NCBI GenBank assembly: GCA_030704615.1
Contig: CM060732.1
Span: 28,334,001 to 28,398,000 of the forward strand
DNA length: 64,000 nt
Reading direction: 5' to 3'
From: Takakia lepidozioides
Taxonomy: Eukaryota; Plantae; Bryophyta
This document shows positions 20,645 to 35,366 of this stretch, piece by piece (position 1 is the first letter of the stretch; each line of letters begins with the position of its first letter). A model generated the notes under the pieces. That model did no database searches and was not told the origin of the DNA. It worked only from the letters and a program-made list of their open reading frames with translations. The position numbers were made by a program, and so were the translations under genes.

Positions 20645-23600
20645 CTAGTGATGGTATTTCATGGATGACTTTTCAAAGCCGATGGTGGGGAACTGCTTCG
20701 CAAACTCCTCCACCTTGTGTCTAAGGGCTTGAATCTGTGCCTGAACTTCAGGGTCTGTGTCAACTGCAGCCTTGAAATCTTTCAATTTTGACCCTGCAAC
20801 CCCAAGCATAACCCTCAGCTCCCTAACTTCTTCAGATGGCCATTCCCCATGATGTCTCTTTACCACAGAGTCCAAACCCCAGAATCCTTTTCAGAAATAC
20901 ACGTCAAAGCAATTATAATTGTACCTAGAATGTCAGATCAGAAGTATCGATCCTGACAAACTGCCAATAACAGTCAATTGCACTGACAAGCAGAGAAATC
21001 AGATTAGTATCCAATCGGATGTTACACCTACTCAATGTGACAAGTCTTTCAGCAAAAGAAAGCACCATCAACATTCAACTCTTGAGTCGGCAAGCATATC
21101 TCACCTGTGGCATCCTTGACCTTCACTGCAATTTGCACTGCCTCATCAAAAAATTCAGCAACCTTCTCAAAGTCCTCCTCAGTGAAGCCTCTACTCGTCA
21201 GTGCAGGGGTTCCTGTTCCATGCCAAAGCCATTCTGGATGAATTTTTTTTTACAGCATACAGCACATTCACAGAGAGTGCAGACATTGATTCACTGTCCC
21301 AGCCCATAAGCAACATAGTGGCCATCCTTCCTTAAAAGAGCAACAAATAAAAAGGTACCCACCAAACACAAAGTCAGTTGAGTAGAGAAGACCAACATAT
21401 CTGTGGGTATATGACAGAGTATCAGCAGCAGTCAAGAACACTAGATTTACCCATACGAATGCCGCCAGGAACCATAGCGGAAACATCTCCAGGGACAGTA
21501 TTCTTATTAGCCGCAATGTGAGCCAACTCCAGCACCCGCTCCACTCTTGATCCATCCACACCCTGTCACACCATACCCTTGGTTGCGTCAACTCTCTCCA
21601 AAAGCCTAGATTTTCAATACAGATATTTGACCTCCATGATGAATTTCTTCCACTCAAAACAGATTGCTAAACGTGAAGGCCAAGAGCAGACTAGGTTCCA
21701 TGAATCCACATTGAAAGTTTCACAACCATTGATTTCCAGACATTGCCCTACCTTAGGCTTCAGATTGACAAGCACCAAGTGGTTGTCAGTTCCTCCGGAG
21801 ACAAGCTCATAGCCCCGTCCTGTCAGAGTCTGTCAGCATCCCACAAGCCGACCCACTTCAGTAGGCATAAATGAGCATGAGTCGGCATGTCCATCATTGC
21901 CCTGCTCTGTACTATAAACACTGACAATGTGTAAGACCTAAATATTTAAGCCGTAAATTGATTACAAACCAAAGTCTGCTAATTGCTCAGGGACAAACAA
22001 TACTCCCATCACACAGGTCAACTTCCTTGCCGCAGCTCAAGAGGCCGTTGATAGTCTGAGAAGCATAGAATCCAGAGCTGATGCCCCTTTAAAGTACAAT
22101 TAAGACCAGACCTACAGCTGTAAAACGAAAGTGTTGGCAGAGATGATTGAATGAATACCACATACTTTGGCAAAGGTGGCACAGTTGCTAAGAACTTGCT
22201 CCTGGTATGCCTTGAACTCCGGAGTGGCTGCCTGCATATACCCCCAACATGACCAATTACCTTCTAGCTCATACTACCAGTATTAGAGCAACAAACCTTT
22301 TTGTAAAGGTTTTGAAGTGATTTTCTGTGACACACACTAGGTTTTGAGAGATGCACATTTAGGCAGGGAAAGTCTTTCCATTGTTGCACAACAAGGAGAG
22401 CGATATGACCTGCTTAAGTGCAACCGCGAGACCAGTTATAGTATGATTATGGGGACCGCCCTGAAGTCCTGGGAAGACTGCTGCATTAATCTTGTCTTCA
22501 AAGTCGTAATAAACCTGCATCATCCCAGATGACTATCAAAGGCCTTCCATCCTCTTCACCAACGTCAGTCTTTGAAACTTCATATCTGCCAGATTCAGAA
22601 TTGCTCGATGTTCAAACTAGACAGATCAATAGCAACTTCAGGCCCAACCCTCCAGTAATAACAAAGTATACTATGGTGAGGAATGCAGTTGACATTGAAA
22701 ATCGCCATGCTTTACAAAACTAGTCCTGGTGTTTAACCTGTTCCCCTTTCTTGGTTGTCTCCTTCAAACCCTTCCGGAAGAAAATCATAGCACCCCGGGG
22801 CCCCCGCAGAGACTTGTGTGTGGTGGTGGTGACCACATCTGCAAAGTCAAAGGGTGACGGGACCACACCAGCTGCCACTAGCCCACTGATATGTGCCATA
22901 TCTGCTAAGAGTATTGCCTTTTGCTTGTCAGAGACCTGCCACCCAACATCACAAAAAGATTGCCAGCAATCTGAAGCAGCTCAGATTGATGCATTCAAAT
23001 CAACCATTTCAACACTCACCAAACAATTTCTTACCTTCAAACTGAACCACACATACTATGCCATGTTCACATGTAACAAGTATGTCTGTCTGATTCGATC
23101 ACACAGCACACACTTACCTTACGCATCCGAGCATAATCGTAATGGCGTGAATAGGCACTTGCACCCGCGACAATAAGCTTAGGTCTAAACAGAGTAGCTG
23201 ATTTCTCTAGCTGCATATATAACCCCCTTCAACCAGTTAGTGCCCACGAGAGTACACCCCTCTTACCTGCTAAACTACCTCAATCCCAGAAACACTCAAC
23301 ACTGTTGTCTAACATTTTGGAAATCTCCAATAACTGGAGTCTCCTGGAACAACGAGGAGATTAGTTTAAATCTTATTCAATTAGCAGATGCCTGAAGCTT
23401 CCCTTCTCAACTGTGAAGAGCACAACGGCACAGAGTAAGCTCAACTCCCATCCTGGCCAACCAATATTTAAAAAAAAGGGAAAGGTAATACACAGAATGT
23501 GATGAAACACTGAAATACAACACAAGAAACCTGGTCGTAGTCGATAAAGCCTGTGGTCTCATCCAGCCTGTATGGCATGGTCTCGAAGTAAATGGAAACA

Positions 23601-26211
23601 GCTGATATTTTCTTTGTATCTGTCTGCAGCCACCAGCAGATGCATCAGCCAGTTGTGCTGCAATCCTGAATATATTGTATATGCCCCTTGTGGCCTGAGC
23701 ATGAGTGCCAAACCATGGAGGAGGTCTCGTACCTGATATCCATGAGAGAGGTGACCACCATGGGGAAGATCCAAGGCCATAATGCGCTCATGTGGCTTCA
23801 AAAGTGCAGTGTAAACATGAAAGTTGGCAGGTGAGCCGGACAGAGGCTGTACATTCACTGCCAGCCATCCACTCATTAAATGTCAGTATCTTACACAACA
23901 TACACCTGAGCCGCAGAAAAACTATGAATTGATAACTGTGATTCAAAAGGAAAGCTCTTCATGCTCGAATTGACAAGGGGAGAGAGCAGGTTGATGTAGA
24001 AACAGGTAGAGCAATGGGAGCATAATGTGTCCACCTTCCTTCCCACATTATCGACCATTAAATTCAATGTTGGTTCTAAGGCACTTCAAACATCCAGAAT
24101 CTCGAACTTAACTTAAAGATACCCAGCAAAGCTGTGACTGTACTGATGCAAGAGGGAGCTCTTACAATTAATTGCTCATGTAAGACCATAATTACAATTT
24201 CACAGTCAGAGTGCAAGGCAGGGCACACAACGGACCTCCCCACTTTTCAGGATCCAGTCGGAAAGCTGCCAGTGCCCGCTTTTGGCACAATGATTCTGCC
24301 ATATCAATGAACCTGTATTAAGGACGCCACAACAAAACACTTTCAACTAGACACCCAATCAAACCTATCAACTTCCGTCTCAAAACAAGAACTCCTTGTG
24401 GATCTCCTTGTGCCAGCAGAGAAAGGCTTCAACACAACACCCACCAGAATACCGGGCAGATAGGAGGAAAAGAGGACTCACTCATTGCCACCATAGTAGC
24501 GAGCACCTGGGTAACCTTCACTATACTTGTTAGTCATAATTGACCCTACTGCCTCCATCACCGAAACTGATGTGAAGTTCTCTGAGGGAATCAGTTCAAG
24601 CCCCTGCAACATACCACCTCCCATACAAGCCATGCAACATCACCACTTTTCTGTTCCTGCAGCTGAGAGCAGATGACAACTGGAACTACTTCCTCCATCA
24701 CTTCAGTGGAGGTCCAAGATATCCATTATCTCTCTTTCGGAAAAATCTCTCTCTTCATCTGACAAACCAAAATCAAAAGAAGCACCAAGTCGAGTTGCTT
24801 GGAACAGTAAGTTTTCAAATGGATGCAAGTTATCAATAAGCTTCTCTCCAAATTAAAGGTGGTCGCACACTTGCAGGGACAAAGGTACACTCCACACCCA
24901 CTGTTGGAGTACAGTGTACCTTACCCAGGGGAGCATATTTTTCATATGGAATACAAGAACAGCATCTAACATAGGCAGCAAGTCACTATGTAAAGTTAAT
25001 GTTGGGAAAGTAAGTACCTTCCATTGGCGATTCTTCTCCATCTCTATAATATCAGCAACCTCAGGATCGACCTCTGTCAGAGTAGCATTCAACTGCTTCG
25101 GCCACTGTCCAGAACAAGATCACAACCTCTCAAACACCCTATTCAACCCTCCCATGTCCAATGAGCCTGGTCAAGACTCTCCTACAATCAACCAACTGAG
25201 CTGCAGCTCCATTCGCAGAGAAAAGAGCAACTAAGGTTGTAACCAACATCTTGTCTCAGCCTTCAGCTATTGCTGTCGGCAAGGCATGGGGGAAGACATC
25301 TCTCTGTAATGGGACCTCTATAAATGATTAAAATGTTGCAAATCACATTGTGGGAGAAAAAATCTGTCAAAGCTTGTGTGAAGTGCACTTGGCTTCATAG
25401 CAGAGATTAGCAATTAATGGAGCTTAGCCAATTACAGTTCGCGTGTTTGGGAGCGCTTCCTCTTTCAGGAATTCAGACAGTGACCCTTGCCATACCCTTT
25501 TCAGGTGACACGCTGGCCTTCCACATTGCATAGCACTAGTATGCAGCAGCAATGCTCGACTGATAGAATGCACACAGTTTGCATGAACCAGATCGATGAC
25601 AATTTCCCCATGCAAAACAGAGAAAGTTTCTGCCTCTTCAATTCTTGGATAAGATTGGCTGCATTAGTAGCACACGTGCTTGGAGATCCTCTAGCTTCGG
25701 TCGTCGAACGATTATGGTCCAACAGGTTTATCTCATGGTTGCGTCAATGACCCCGCGCAACAATCTCTGATACTTAGAGAAAAGCAGCTGTAAGACAAAG
25801 GATGAAGGACTCACTGTGACATGTGACTTCTCTTTCTCAAACCGTGTGTACACTTCCTCATTCGCATATGCAGTCTGCAAGACATAACATTGGGAAGGGA
25901 CAAGGTTTTTACAAAAACAACCAAGAGACGACGCATCCCCTTCACAGTGTGCCTTTTCTCTGAACCGAATACAATCGTCAATAATTATATTTCCCCTCCA
26001 TTTTTCCTCTCAGCCACCAATTCACAAACGCCTCCGACGTCTTAACAAGAAAATGCAAGAAATGCATCACAGCGTCTTTGTCGGGAATCTAGATGAGGCA
26101 TACAGAGGAGGAGTGGCGCGTGCTGCTGAAAACAGCAGCGGGGGGTTGCAGTGCCCTGTAAACAGCTTGCAGTTGCACCCTCGACAGGCGTCGCAGCGCC
26201 GACATTGCCAT
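20645..26211 (-). CDS. SHMT: Serine hydroxymethyltransferase, mitochondrial (SHM1/2-type), many exons
   Basis: Transit peptide [10 protein letters not shown]...; [15 protein letters not shown]; [12 protein letters not shown]; [13 protein letters not shown]; GGHLSHGY; [12 protein letters not shown] (PLP lysine); VSGGTDNHL; C-terminus [10 protein letters not shown]. Confidence 0.96.
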
Positions 26212-27242
26212 GGCCGTGTCTGCGTAAGATGGCCGCGCGCAGTAAGAGGGAGAGGAGCAAGAAGAAGCGAGGACGGGCTTGTGGCCACGCAGCTTTCAGT
26301 GCTCCAGCCTGCTGCTTCTGCTCCCTGCCACTGTCAACTGCGACCACATTCTTCGCACCATCGCCATGCCCATCCGCCATCATGCCTTTCCCGTCCACCG
26401 TCACAGTAAATTGTAAATTCACAGTCCAGAGGATGAGGATGAGGATGAGCAGGAGCATCGGCTTGCCATCCACCTTCTGCTGCTTCATCTTTTATCTCCC
26501 TCTCCCAATCCTCCAACGGGCCCACCCGCACGCAGTCCAACCGTTCCTCTCGCGTGAGGCCCACCGTCACACGACCATACAATACGGAATAATGAACCTG
26601 TTACCAAGTAACTTATGCGTGAGCACATTCACATTTCTTTGGGACACACAGAATTTGATTGCCTTGCTCTCCGTGTTTCACTACCTATCCCCTTTCTTCA
26701 AAACAAAAAACAAAAAAGGAAATAGCCCTACCTAGTGGGTCGGTACACAAACGTATGGATGGTGCGAGCTAGAGGGCTGTGTGCCACGTAGCAGCCTTGG
26801 GGTGAGCACACGAGGGCCGTCCATAGAGCGCAACAGTGGATAGGAAGCAATCACAGTACCTACCTACCCACCTCACTGAGGCCCCAGTTCCGGAGTCAGC
26901 TCGAAACGACAATACGTTTGATGCAGAGAAGGGGGACGGTTATACGGAAAGGGACCCCTACCCTGAATTTGAGGACCTATTCACTGTATCTTAGGTATCT
27001 CAGTATCTCACTCTCTGGAATAAAAGCACCCGGACTTTAACGCGTGGCTGTTGACGCAAGTGAGTACATTCAAGGGGCTCTCCGAGTTTTTTGGGCCGGA
27101 AAAACTGGTATCCCCGAGCGCACATAGCGGTATTTCGAGTAGCATGCATCTCTGTTCACATAACAATTCTGACCACTACACCAGCGGAGAATAACCAACA
27201 CAGAATCTTACATTCGGTTTTCCACAGTCGTTAAGTTCTTGC

Positions 27243-30200
27243 CTAAATGAAAGATCTGCTACGGATTTTAGATGGGATGTAACTATCTGAGAGAAAAGAG
27301 AAGGAAACGGCAGAGACAGCTTCTATTTCCAGTTTTACGCCTCGGTTCCGTAACTCCATAAGCTTTGCCCTGGACATGAATGAAGAGTCTGTGCCAACCT
27401 TAGTATCGGAAGTGCATTCTGCTCTTACATCGCATACTTTAATTTAGATTGTTGGGCAATCTCTCCTGAAAGGCACTCAACTAATTTCTCCCGTTAGAAG
27501 CTTTTTACTGATACTAACAGACTTGGAAGTGAACGACACGCCTCGTGAGATTATTTTTTTTGTGGTCTTCAGGTAGCAACATTTACTTCAAGTATAAACT
27601 TGTAGATCTAAATCCATGTGTCTCGGAATGTGACTCAAAGCTGGGTTTGGAAGCGTTCATACCACCAAGCAGGGGCCAAATGCTTCCAACAGCTCCTACT
27701 CAATATGGCCTCCGCTTTTCTTCTATCTATCCACATCCCAGCACAATCAATCCAATGAGCTACGATCCAGTTTCAAGACTAAATCAGTCATTTCCTGTGG
27801 ATTTCATGCATGGAACTAGAACCTACCCATACCATACCACCTGTCTGCAACGAAGCTAGGCTTCAAACATCTAAACTCGGAATAGTATACCCAAAAAAAG
27901 TGGGAGAGCCGGAAGAACAATCAATTTATCTCAAAGGGCACTTCACAGAACTGTATTGATAACTCTATGAAGCACAATAGTCTCTTGGGTGGAAGGCACA
28001 GTTGAAGTCCACAATCAGTCCTCATACAATACATTAGCTTACCTCTTTTGGAGAGGGGAAGGAGACACCGGATTGGGATATGAAAATCAGAGCAGTCTGA
28101 TAGAAACACCCCCAGCCAAAGGATCTCTGGTGCTGCCAAACCCTGGGCATCATAGGCCATAGTCTGCAGTCACACAGCAGCTTCCCAGTCAACTCAAACC
28201 TCTTTGTCTCTTAGTGATGTAGCAGCTGACCTGCATGAGGCACCTCACCTTCATGCAATGCTTGAGCTAGTGGTTCTTTGGTTTCTGTGGTTCTCCTGTG
28301 TTGTTCTACTCGCGTCCCTTTGGGCCCTTTGGGTCTGACTCAGACGTAACGCATTTCCTTCATTGTACTCAAATCTAATTTGTTCTCTGCAATCCTTTCT
28401 GCCCACATCCCTCCACTTCACAGGCATCTTTTAAGCACATAATTATTCTCACTTTTTGTATCAAAGTCCATGTTGCTAAACATACAATAGAAGAGTTTGA
28501 GGAGTTCGTATACCAGAGAGCCAAAGCGGTATGTAGAAAGGATGTCCAAGCCATAGGGGTCCCCATCCATGAGACCATAGACTGGCAAATGCAGCTCATC
28601 AATCAGACGCCGCAAGAAACTGCTTCCCACAGTAACTCTCAGTAACTGTTGCGACTTGTCTCTCTACTGATTCAAAGTGAAACCTTCAGCACCAGCTCAG
28701 TGATCATTATGATGCAATCAACATTCTACATTCCATGCAGTCATAGGTGCTTGACGAGTTTTGTACAGCACAAATTTGATTTGAGAAGCTTGCCCAGTAC
28801 CTTCTGGTGGCCACATCCGGATACCCTTTTCCCTGAAGGCAACTTCATGTTAGTTTACATCCAGAAATATGTTGAGACTGGGAAATAGTAAAATTTCTTG
28901 AACAAAATTTCATTTGGTCTATGCCATATTACTCACAGTGAGGAGAATGCAGCGATTTTTAATGCAAAATCTGTCATTCGCAAGCCGCTGAAAGACTGCA
29001 GGAAACAGACATACACAACACCTAAGTTGACATGTCTATGTGCATACCAGTTGCGTACCTAGCTACATATATATGATCTTTTCAGCCAAGAGGTAACAAA
29101 GCTTATTTCCCATTCAAATCCCAGGTTTTCAACTCAAAATAAGCTCATGCATGGCTCTCGATCTTTATGCGTTTGTTGTTTTTCTATGGTGTAGAAACAA
29201 AACAATGCTCTATACATGTAAACGTGTTTTGAAATGTTGAGAACCATTCTGCAAAAGGCATACAAGGTGGAGACGTGCCCCCTTAATTTAGAGAAACATT
29301 CATCATACGTTACCCAATATTGTGGAAGACTGCCCTATTCCAATTTCAAGATTCACACAGATTAGGTCCACCATTTGTGATCACAGCAGCAGACGATTGC
29401 CGACAAGAACTGAGCTTCTGGGAGTGTTTGGCCACATTTTACCTGTTTCTTTTTCCACAACAAGGATGTAGTCTGCACCACTGCAAATATCTTCAGAGCC
29501 TCAATATTAAGTACACTACATATAAAGGTAAGAGAGGGAGATGAGGGAGAGGAGATAGGGAGAGAGTTTCAGCAAGATACTCTCCATTTGCACACAACAC
29601 AAATTGAACAAATATTAAGGTCAGAAGAGGATACAACTCACTTGGTTGGTGTGCACAGGAACAGGTAATCCCTGGAAACACAAGGAACAGGAACAAGCAA
29701 CAAAAGTCAAGAAATCTGTAGCTGTCTGCTGAACCTTGCTGTCAGCCTCTTAATTCCACTGCAAGGTAGGGACAAACTGTTACTGCCCATAAACAGAACT
29801 GTTCAGTTGAGTGGAACAATGCAAGGGCTAGCTCTCATTGGCACAATTACAGGGATATTATAGGAATCAAGGTGTCTGTGCATGGAGCCCCAGTAGTACT
29901 TAAAGCAGTCAGCATGTTACTCTGAATGTACAAGCATTCAACTGCAAGGAGCCAAACACCGTGGTATTAGTTCGTCTCGCACTGTAGTGTCATTGTGCTT
30001 GGAGCAGTTAATCCTCCTGCCTGCCTCACAGTAGCTCAGGGACCCCATGACTAACCTGCAGTTGTTACAAAAAAAGTTCCATTACAGAGAAGACCATAGC
30101 ACCTTCCTCAAGGAACTTAGCTAGTTACAGACCTGAAAAGACCCCAAGTTAACGCTAAATTGCACAGAATAGAATTGAAATTCTTTTTATGCATCACCTT

Positions 30201-31845
30201 CAACATGATAATAGATTTATGCCCCCATGCCCAGACAAAAAAACATGAGATTTAGCTGCTGGGAAAAACCACAGCAAGTTTCCAGCCTAGTTCACAGCAT
30301 CGCCGAGGTCCTATGTTGGTGACCTGATACCAAAGTTTGATGAATATTTTGAACACAAACACCCATACGTTCAGTAGATATTTTTGTCTGTGCATCCATC
30401 TGTGCCACAATGCTTGCCAGAATCATAACATCCTAGAATGTTTCGTATGTGTAATCAGCTGTCAAGAGCAGATGAAGATGATGCTTAGCTTTAGATCATA
30501 TGGAGAGGTTGGCAAGTTACCCTTTGCTGACAGCCACCTGTGACAAATATATATCAGATTATCAGTTCTCTAGAGATTCACATCTCTGTAAATTGATTCA
30601 GGCCCTACCAACAAGGTACCAACAGTAGAAGATGATTATGCAAACCTGGGAAAGGGCAAGGAGGTTCAAGCAGATTTCAAGGGGTCCAGACGGAGCTTGT
30701 CATACTACCCAAAAACTAGGTGGACAAGACCTGGATGCACATGGTCACTTACCACATTCAGTGAAGAACGACTGCATTGAAACCGTATGCATATGTCATT
30801 GAGCGCTTGATCAACTCTTCCTGCAGTTCTTAGTACTGACTGACATCAAAAGAATGGTTCTGGACACAGAATGTACTCATAAGACGTTGTTTGCTGTACC
30901 GTTCTGGACACAGGGCGGCGGTCACGATATTTTCTTCTTCGAAGCAAGTATAGTGTCTCCACCATCACTTCCCGGAACGTTTCTTCTGCTCCTTTTCTGG
31001 CGCCTTCTAGGCAGGGTTTTTTTTAAGCCAGGAAACAGGTGAGGGACAGAAGGGTGTGATCACCTAGCCTTGACTGTCACTCACACTTCGACAGTAAATG
31101 CATTCAGTTCATAGTTAACATTCATACAGTAAACTTACAACGATGCATGGCATGTAAACATTACAAATTGAGGGAAAATGAATTTCTCACCTTTCAAGTT
31201 TTCAGGGTCAGTGTAGTAGACGTCTCTCTTGGAGGCATGCTTATTCTGTTGTAGCAACTTCTGTATGATTTGTAACACCCTCAACATCGCAACTGCAATT
31301 TCACCAGGATCACTGAATCACGAAGTTTCTTACGGTTTTTTTTCGCCCTGTGAGTTTCCTTAATGTAAAACGCAATTTCTTCTTCTTTCATGTCCCTACT
31401 TAATCTCACGATCTCATTCAACATAAATTGGAGGTAAAAGCCCTGTCTTACTCAGCCTGCGACCACCTCCTCTTGGATCAACCGCAATGTGCTCTTGCTT
31501 GTTGGACTTCTCAAATATGGTTGAGCTTCACCAGAATGACAACAAACTGTAGTCAGTCAAAAAATTAGAGAAGTACTAGGAAGCCGAAGCATATTCAAGG
31601 AGATGCAGCACATACAGAGACACAAACACTAGCAGACATATTATAGTTTAAGGACTGCATATGCCAGCTAAATTTCATCTTTCGCATGGCATTGCTAGAT
31701 GCATAGACACTACACTCTACATATTATTTCTCTTAAGCTCACCACTTCACATGGGCCTCTAGAAAAGTTTCACGAGGCACATATTTTGCAATACGAACGG
31801 ATGGCAGGCTGCCTGTCGACAGCTCCAATAGAAGCTCCCGCACAA
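27243..31845 (-). CDS. SPO11-1: Meiotic DSB protein SPO11-1 (first exon/start codon not resolved, lies upstream of 31845)
   Basis: Exons HASKRDVYY (catalytic Tyr), VDQALNDICIRFQCSRSSLNV, YILVVEKET, VFQRLAND, GKGYPDVATRR, MDGDPYGLDIL (TOPRIM DxD), GVKLEIEA..YIPSKIR. Confidence 0.92.
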
Positions 31846-34800
31846 GTTCTGCAATTTGTGCACATGAATCCCATTGGCGAATAAGTGAAATGGATCCCTT
31901 TGGATTGACATACAGCACCCATCAATATGTTGCAGGCTCCATCCTCGCTCTCTATTCCCGTCCCCTCCACCCCCCCCTCCTTCCCTTGGCCTTCAGAGGA
32001 CGTGATAAATCTATTTTTCTTTCTTTTCTACTCTCCCACGGGCCCCGTGGCCATCCCGTTAACGAAGGAAATAATTCTTCTTCATCATCTTCTGTGTCTA
32101 TCTTTCTTACACACATACTGTTTCTCCTCAATGGAGTCGTCAAAAGGGTGTGGACGATGAAACATTCTTCTCTCAATCTTTCACATCAGCTAAACGTGTT
32201 TTTTTCAATCATTAACTACAGAGTGTCGACCAAGAAGAATAAGTAGCATGAAATTTGCCTGGATTTGGTAATTGCAATATGACAACTGTGAAGACTTTCC
32301 GAGTGCTCTAGCAGCTCATTTGCATAAAAACCTGATGCCCGTCCGGTCTTACATTGCGGTTCAGTATCTACCACGCTGTCGATTACGATTAGTAAGAGAG
32401 TGCAATTAACTAGTGGACTTCAACCAACTGCTCCATGCGTGGCTCTGGAGGTCCAAACAGTTTCCTACAATCTACCAAACATTCTGGGAGACAAAGAATT
32501 CTCTCTCCTCGATCAATCTCTGAAGCTCTCACAAATCAATTCAGGTCGTCTTCATTATTTTTGTATCACAGCACTATCCAGAGCATCCAACCCGCCCGCA
32601 CCACTTCAGTACAGAAATTTAAATAAAAGAGAGTTGCAACAGAGCTGTGGATTGCCATTTATGAGGGGCAGAATGAGTGCAGCGTTAGAAGAGCCAGCGT
32701 CCATCTCTCTCCAAGCTGTCCCGTCCGCTTGCTTGGGATGCGCTAAAGAAGGTATGGTAGCTCGATGCTCAGAGAAACTCAATGAAATTGGGAGCCCGGT
32801 ATGAGGCAACTCCGTTTAATTGAGACAGTCGGAAAGTATGCCCGGACGTAAAACTGTTTCTCAACCGCTTGACGCACCTAGCTACCGAGACTTTCTGGAG
32901 CGCCCCGACTCACAAGCCTTCGCTTCAAGCGAATCCTTCTCGCATCGCTCTGTTCGCGGCAACTTTCAACCGTGCTTGACGCCCTCTATGCCCGATAGAG
33001 CATCATTAGCAACAAGCCATCACCACATCCATGGCCTGCATATGAATTAATGGTTAGACGAAACGGCAGTCGTCTAACAACTAGATCCAACAATGGGATC
33101 CATGGACTTGTAACTATGAATGTTCGAAAGGGAAGGTCGCGAGAATAAAGTGATTGAGCAATGAAATCCGTCGTTCGGGCTATTGTGGTTCTCACTGCTC
33201 ACCTACATGGACTTCATATGGCGCAGGCAATGTAGCCATCTGAGGGAGTTATGAGAACATCGGATCGATGCTTTGATCTTTTTGAATATTTGAGCGCTTG
33301 GAAGTACGGAGTGAGCAAATGCGTGGTATAGATGAGCGACTGCAGCGAGATTGAGCAAAGAGAAGAGCTATGGATCAGTCTATCAATTGAAAAACCATTT
33401 ACTCCAGGAGAGTAAGCAATCAGATGCATGGAATGAGGTACGAAAAGGAAGGATGAGCACATACATGGTGGAGATAGTAATGAGGACAGAGTGGACGTGA
33501 CTTGAGTGAGATCACTCTCAAAATATGCAGAGGAGAAGAGGAGGAGCAAGCAAACAGCCTTATTAATGGAAAGATGAAGACGTAGAACAAAGATAGACAC
33601 ATCATGCTTGCACGCTTTCTACTGGGGCACGTCAGCTTACAATACTCCTCTACGATACCCAGCTCCTTCGCTCGCTTTGGCTCGCCTCCTGTAAATTCGT
33701 ATTTTGCACCTGTGAGAGAAGTCCTCTCTCACGCTGGTCACCTGTCTCACCAACCAGATATGCATATGCGTGTTCTTCAGGCTCGAGTTACCTCGGGATT
33801 AAGGTCTGGCAAGGCAACTACTTCACTTTTCAGAAGAGTTACAAAGGCTGGCTCAGGTACAAAGCATGATCTTGTTGTCCAAATTGAGTTGAAGTGCAGT
33901 TTTTTCTTGACTCAGCGGAATTCATATGCAATTTGTGACTTTTGTGTAACCCTCGTCGTCCATCAGTGTTACAGAGCTGACCGGACTAGGGAAAGACGGC
34001 GCCGACCAATACTTTACTGGAGCCCCCTTAGCAATTGTTGAGCTGCTGTAAAAATTGTTGTAGAACTGCTTATCAAGATGGCTTTACAGATCTTTACACT
34101 TGTGGACACTAGGATCTAAGACCTTGTACTGGAGCACGGTTTTAGCTCAACTCACGTTTGGCTCTCTTTCTGAAGGAGGGAGCCTATCTCTCTTGTCCCG
34201 ACCCTACCGAACCTCTAAGGCTGCCAGAAGCATGGGAGTCCGCAATTGCACTGCATGTCTTCCAGAAATTGGCGAAATAGAGATCCAGAATGTGCGTTCG
34301 GTCAAGTGATTTAGAGAAGTACATGAGGTCATTTGGTCAATTGTCTTAGTGATTGCTGTTGGAGAGAATTATGTCTGGAAGGACCAATGAAGAGTGAAGG
34401 TTGCAGAAAAGGTACTACCTATATTGCACAATGGGTAGGGAATGTGCTGGGATGACTGCTGCACAAATGTAGGTGAATCAAGCTACGCAATTGTGACTAA
34501 AATAGGAGTAGGAAGTTCTATTTCACTTAGTTTAATCAAGTGTGGCAGGGTTGGATGCCCTCCACCAAAGAGGAAACAAACGATCCCTTATTGGAACTCG
34601 ATCTCCATGTTAAGTGAATTATGACAAACCTCAGATCACTGTACTTGCTTCCTGATTAGTTACTATTTGTCTGTATCCAGGCATGAATATTGCAGGTCTG
34701 CAGCCATGCAAGTTTTTCACAATCACAAACACTCAGTCCATATGGGGGAAAGGAATGCCGTGGAAAGAGCTTACGAAAGAGAGAATTTGGCAACTGCCGG

Positions 34801-35366
34801 CGCAGTTGATGAAACAGGACATGGTTCGTGGCTACTCTAGCTTCAATCACTTCGGGCAAGCCTCCCTACTTTTTCCTCAATTAGAGTAAAAGACCACTTA
34901 CCGCAGTATTTTTGTCTGAATATGCGTGTGTATAGCAACATCCATCCACACCAAGTTGATTTGCTCAAGAATCTTGGTGCCTATGACCGTGGTGTAAAAG
35001 ATGGCACTGGAAATGGAGTTTGGTAGTCCTTATGTCAAAGCTAGACACCTTGGAGACAGCTACTTGCGTGTCATAAAAGAGTGTAGGGTTTAGTGTTGAA
35101 GGAACCTGATATAGAAGTTAGGAACTGTTCTGAACTTGCCCATGAACCTGATAATCACCTTGGCTGGGAGTCTGTTCAGAATGCTCTTTAACAAGTTTGT
35201 TGGGACGGATTAACTTTGCTGCATTGGCTCCATGCCTCACATGCCTCTGCCTGCCATGTTCTTTATTCATCGTGAACCAGCGCGTTTGTTACAGGGAGGC
35301 CAAGGCTTAGGGTTGCAAGATGATGTAGTGCCAATGTAGTATGCTCAAGAGTGAGTTCTCTGTGCA

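Noticed and set aside
16692-31845. Functional clustering of MIS12 and SPO11-1 (chromosome segregation/meiosis)
   Set aside because: They are separated by an unrelated metabolic gene and nothing in the sequence indicates co-regulation.
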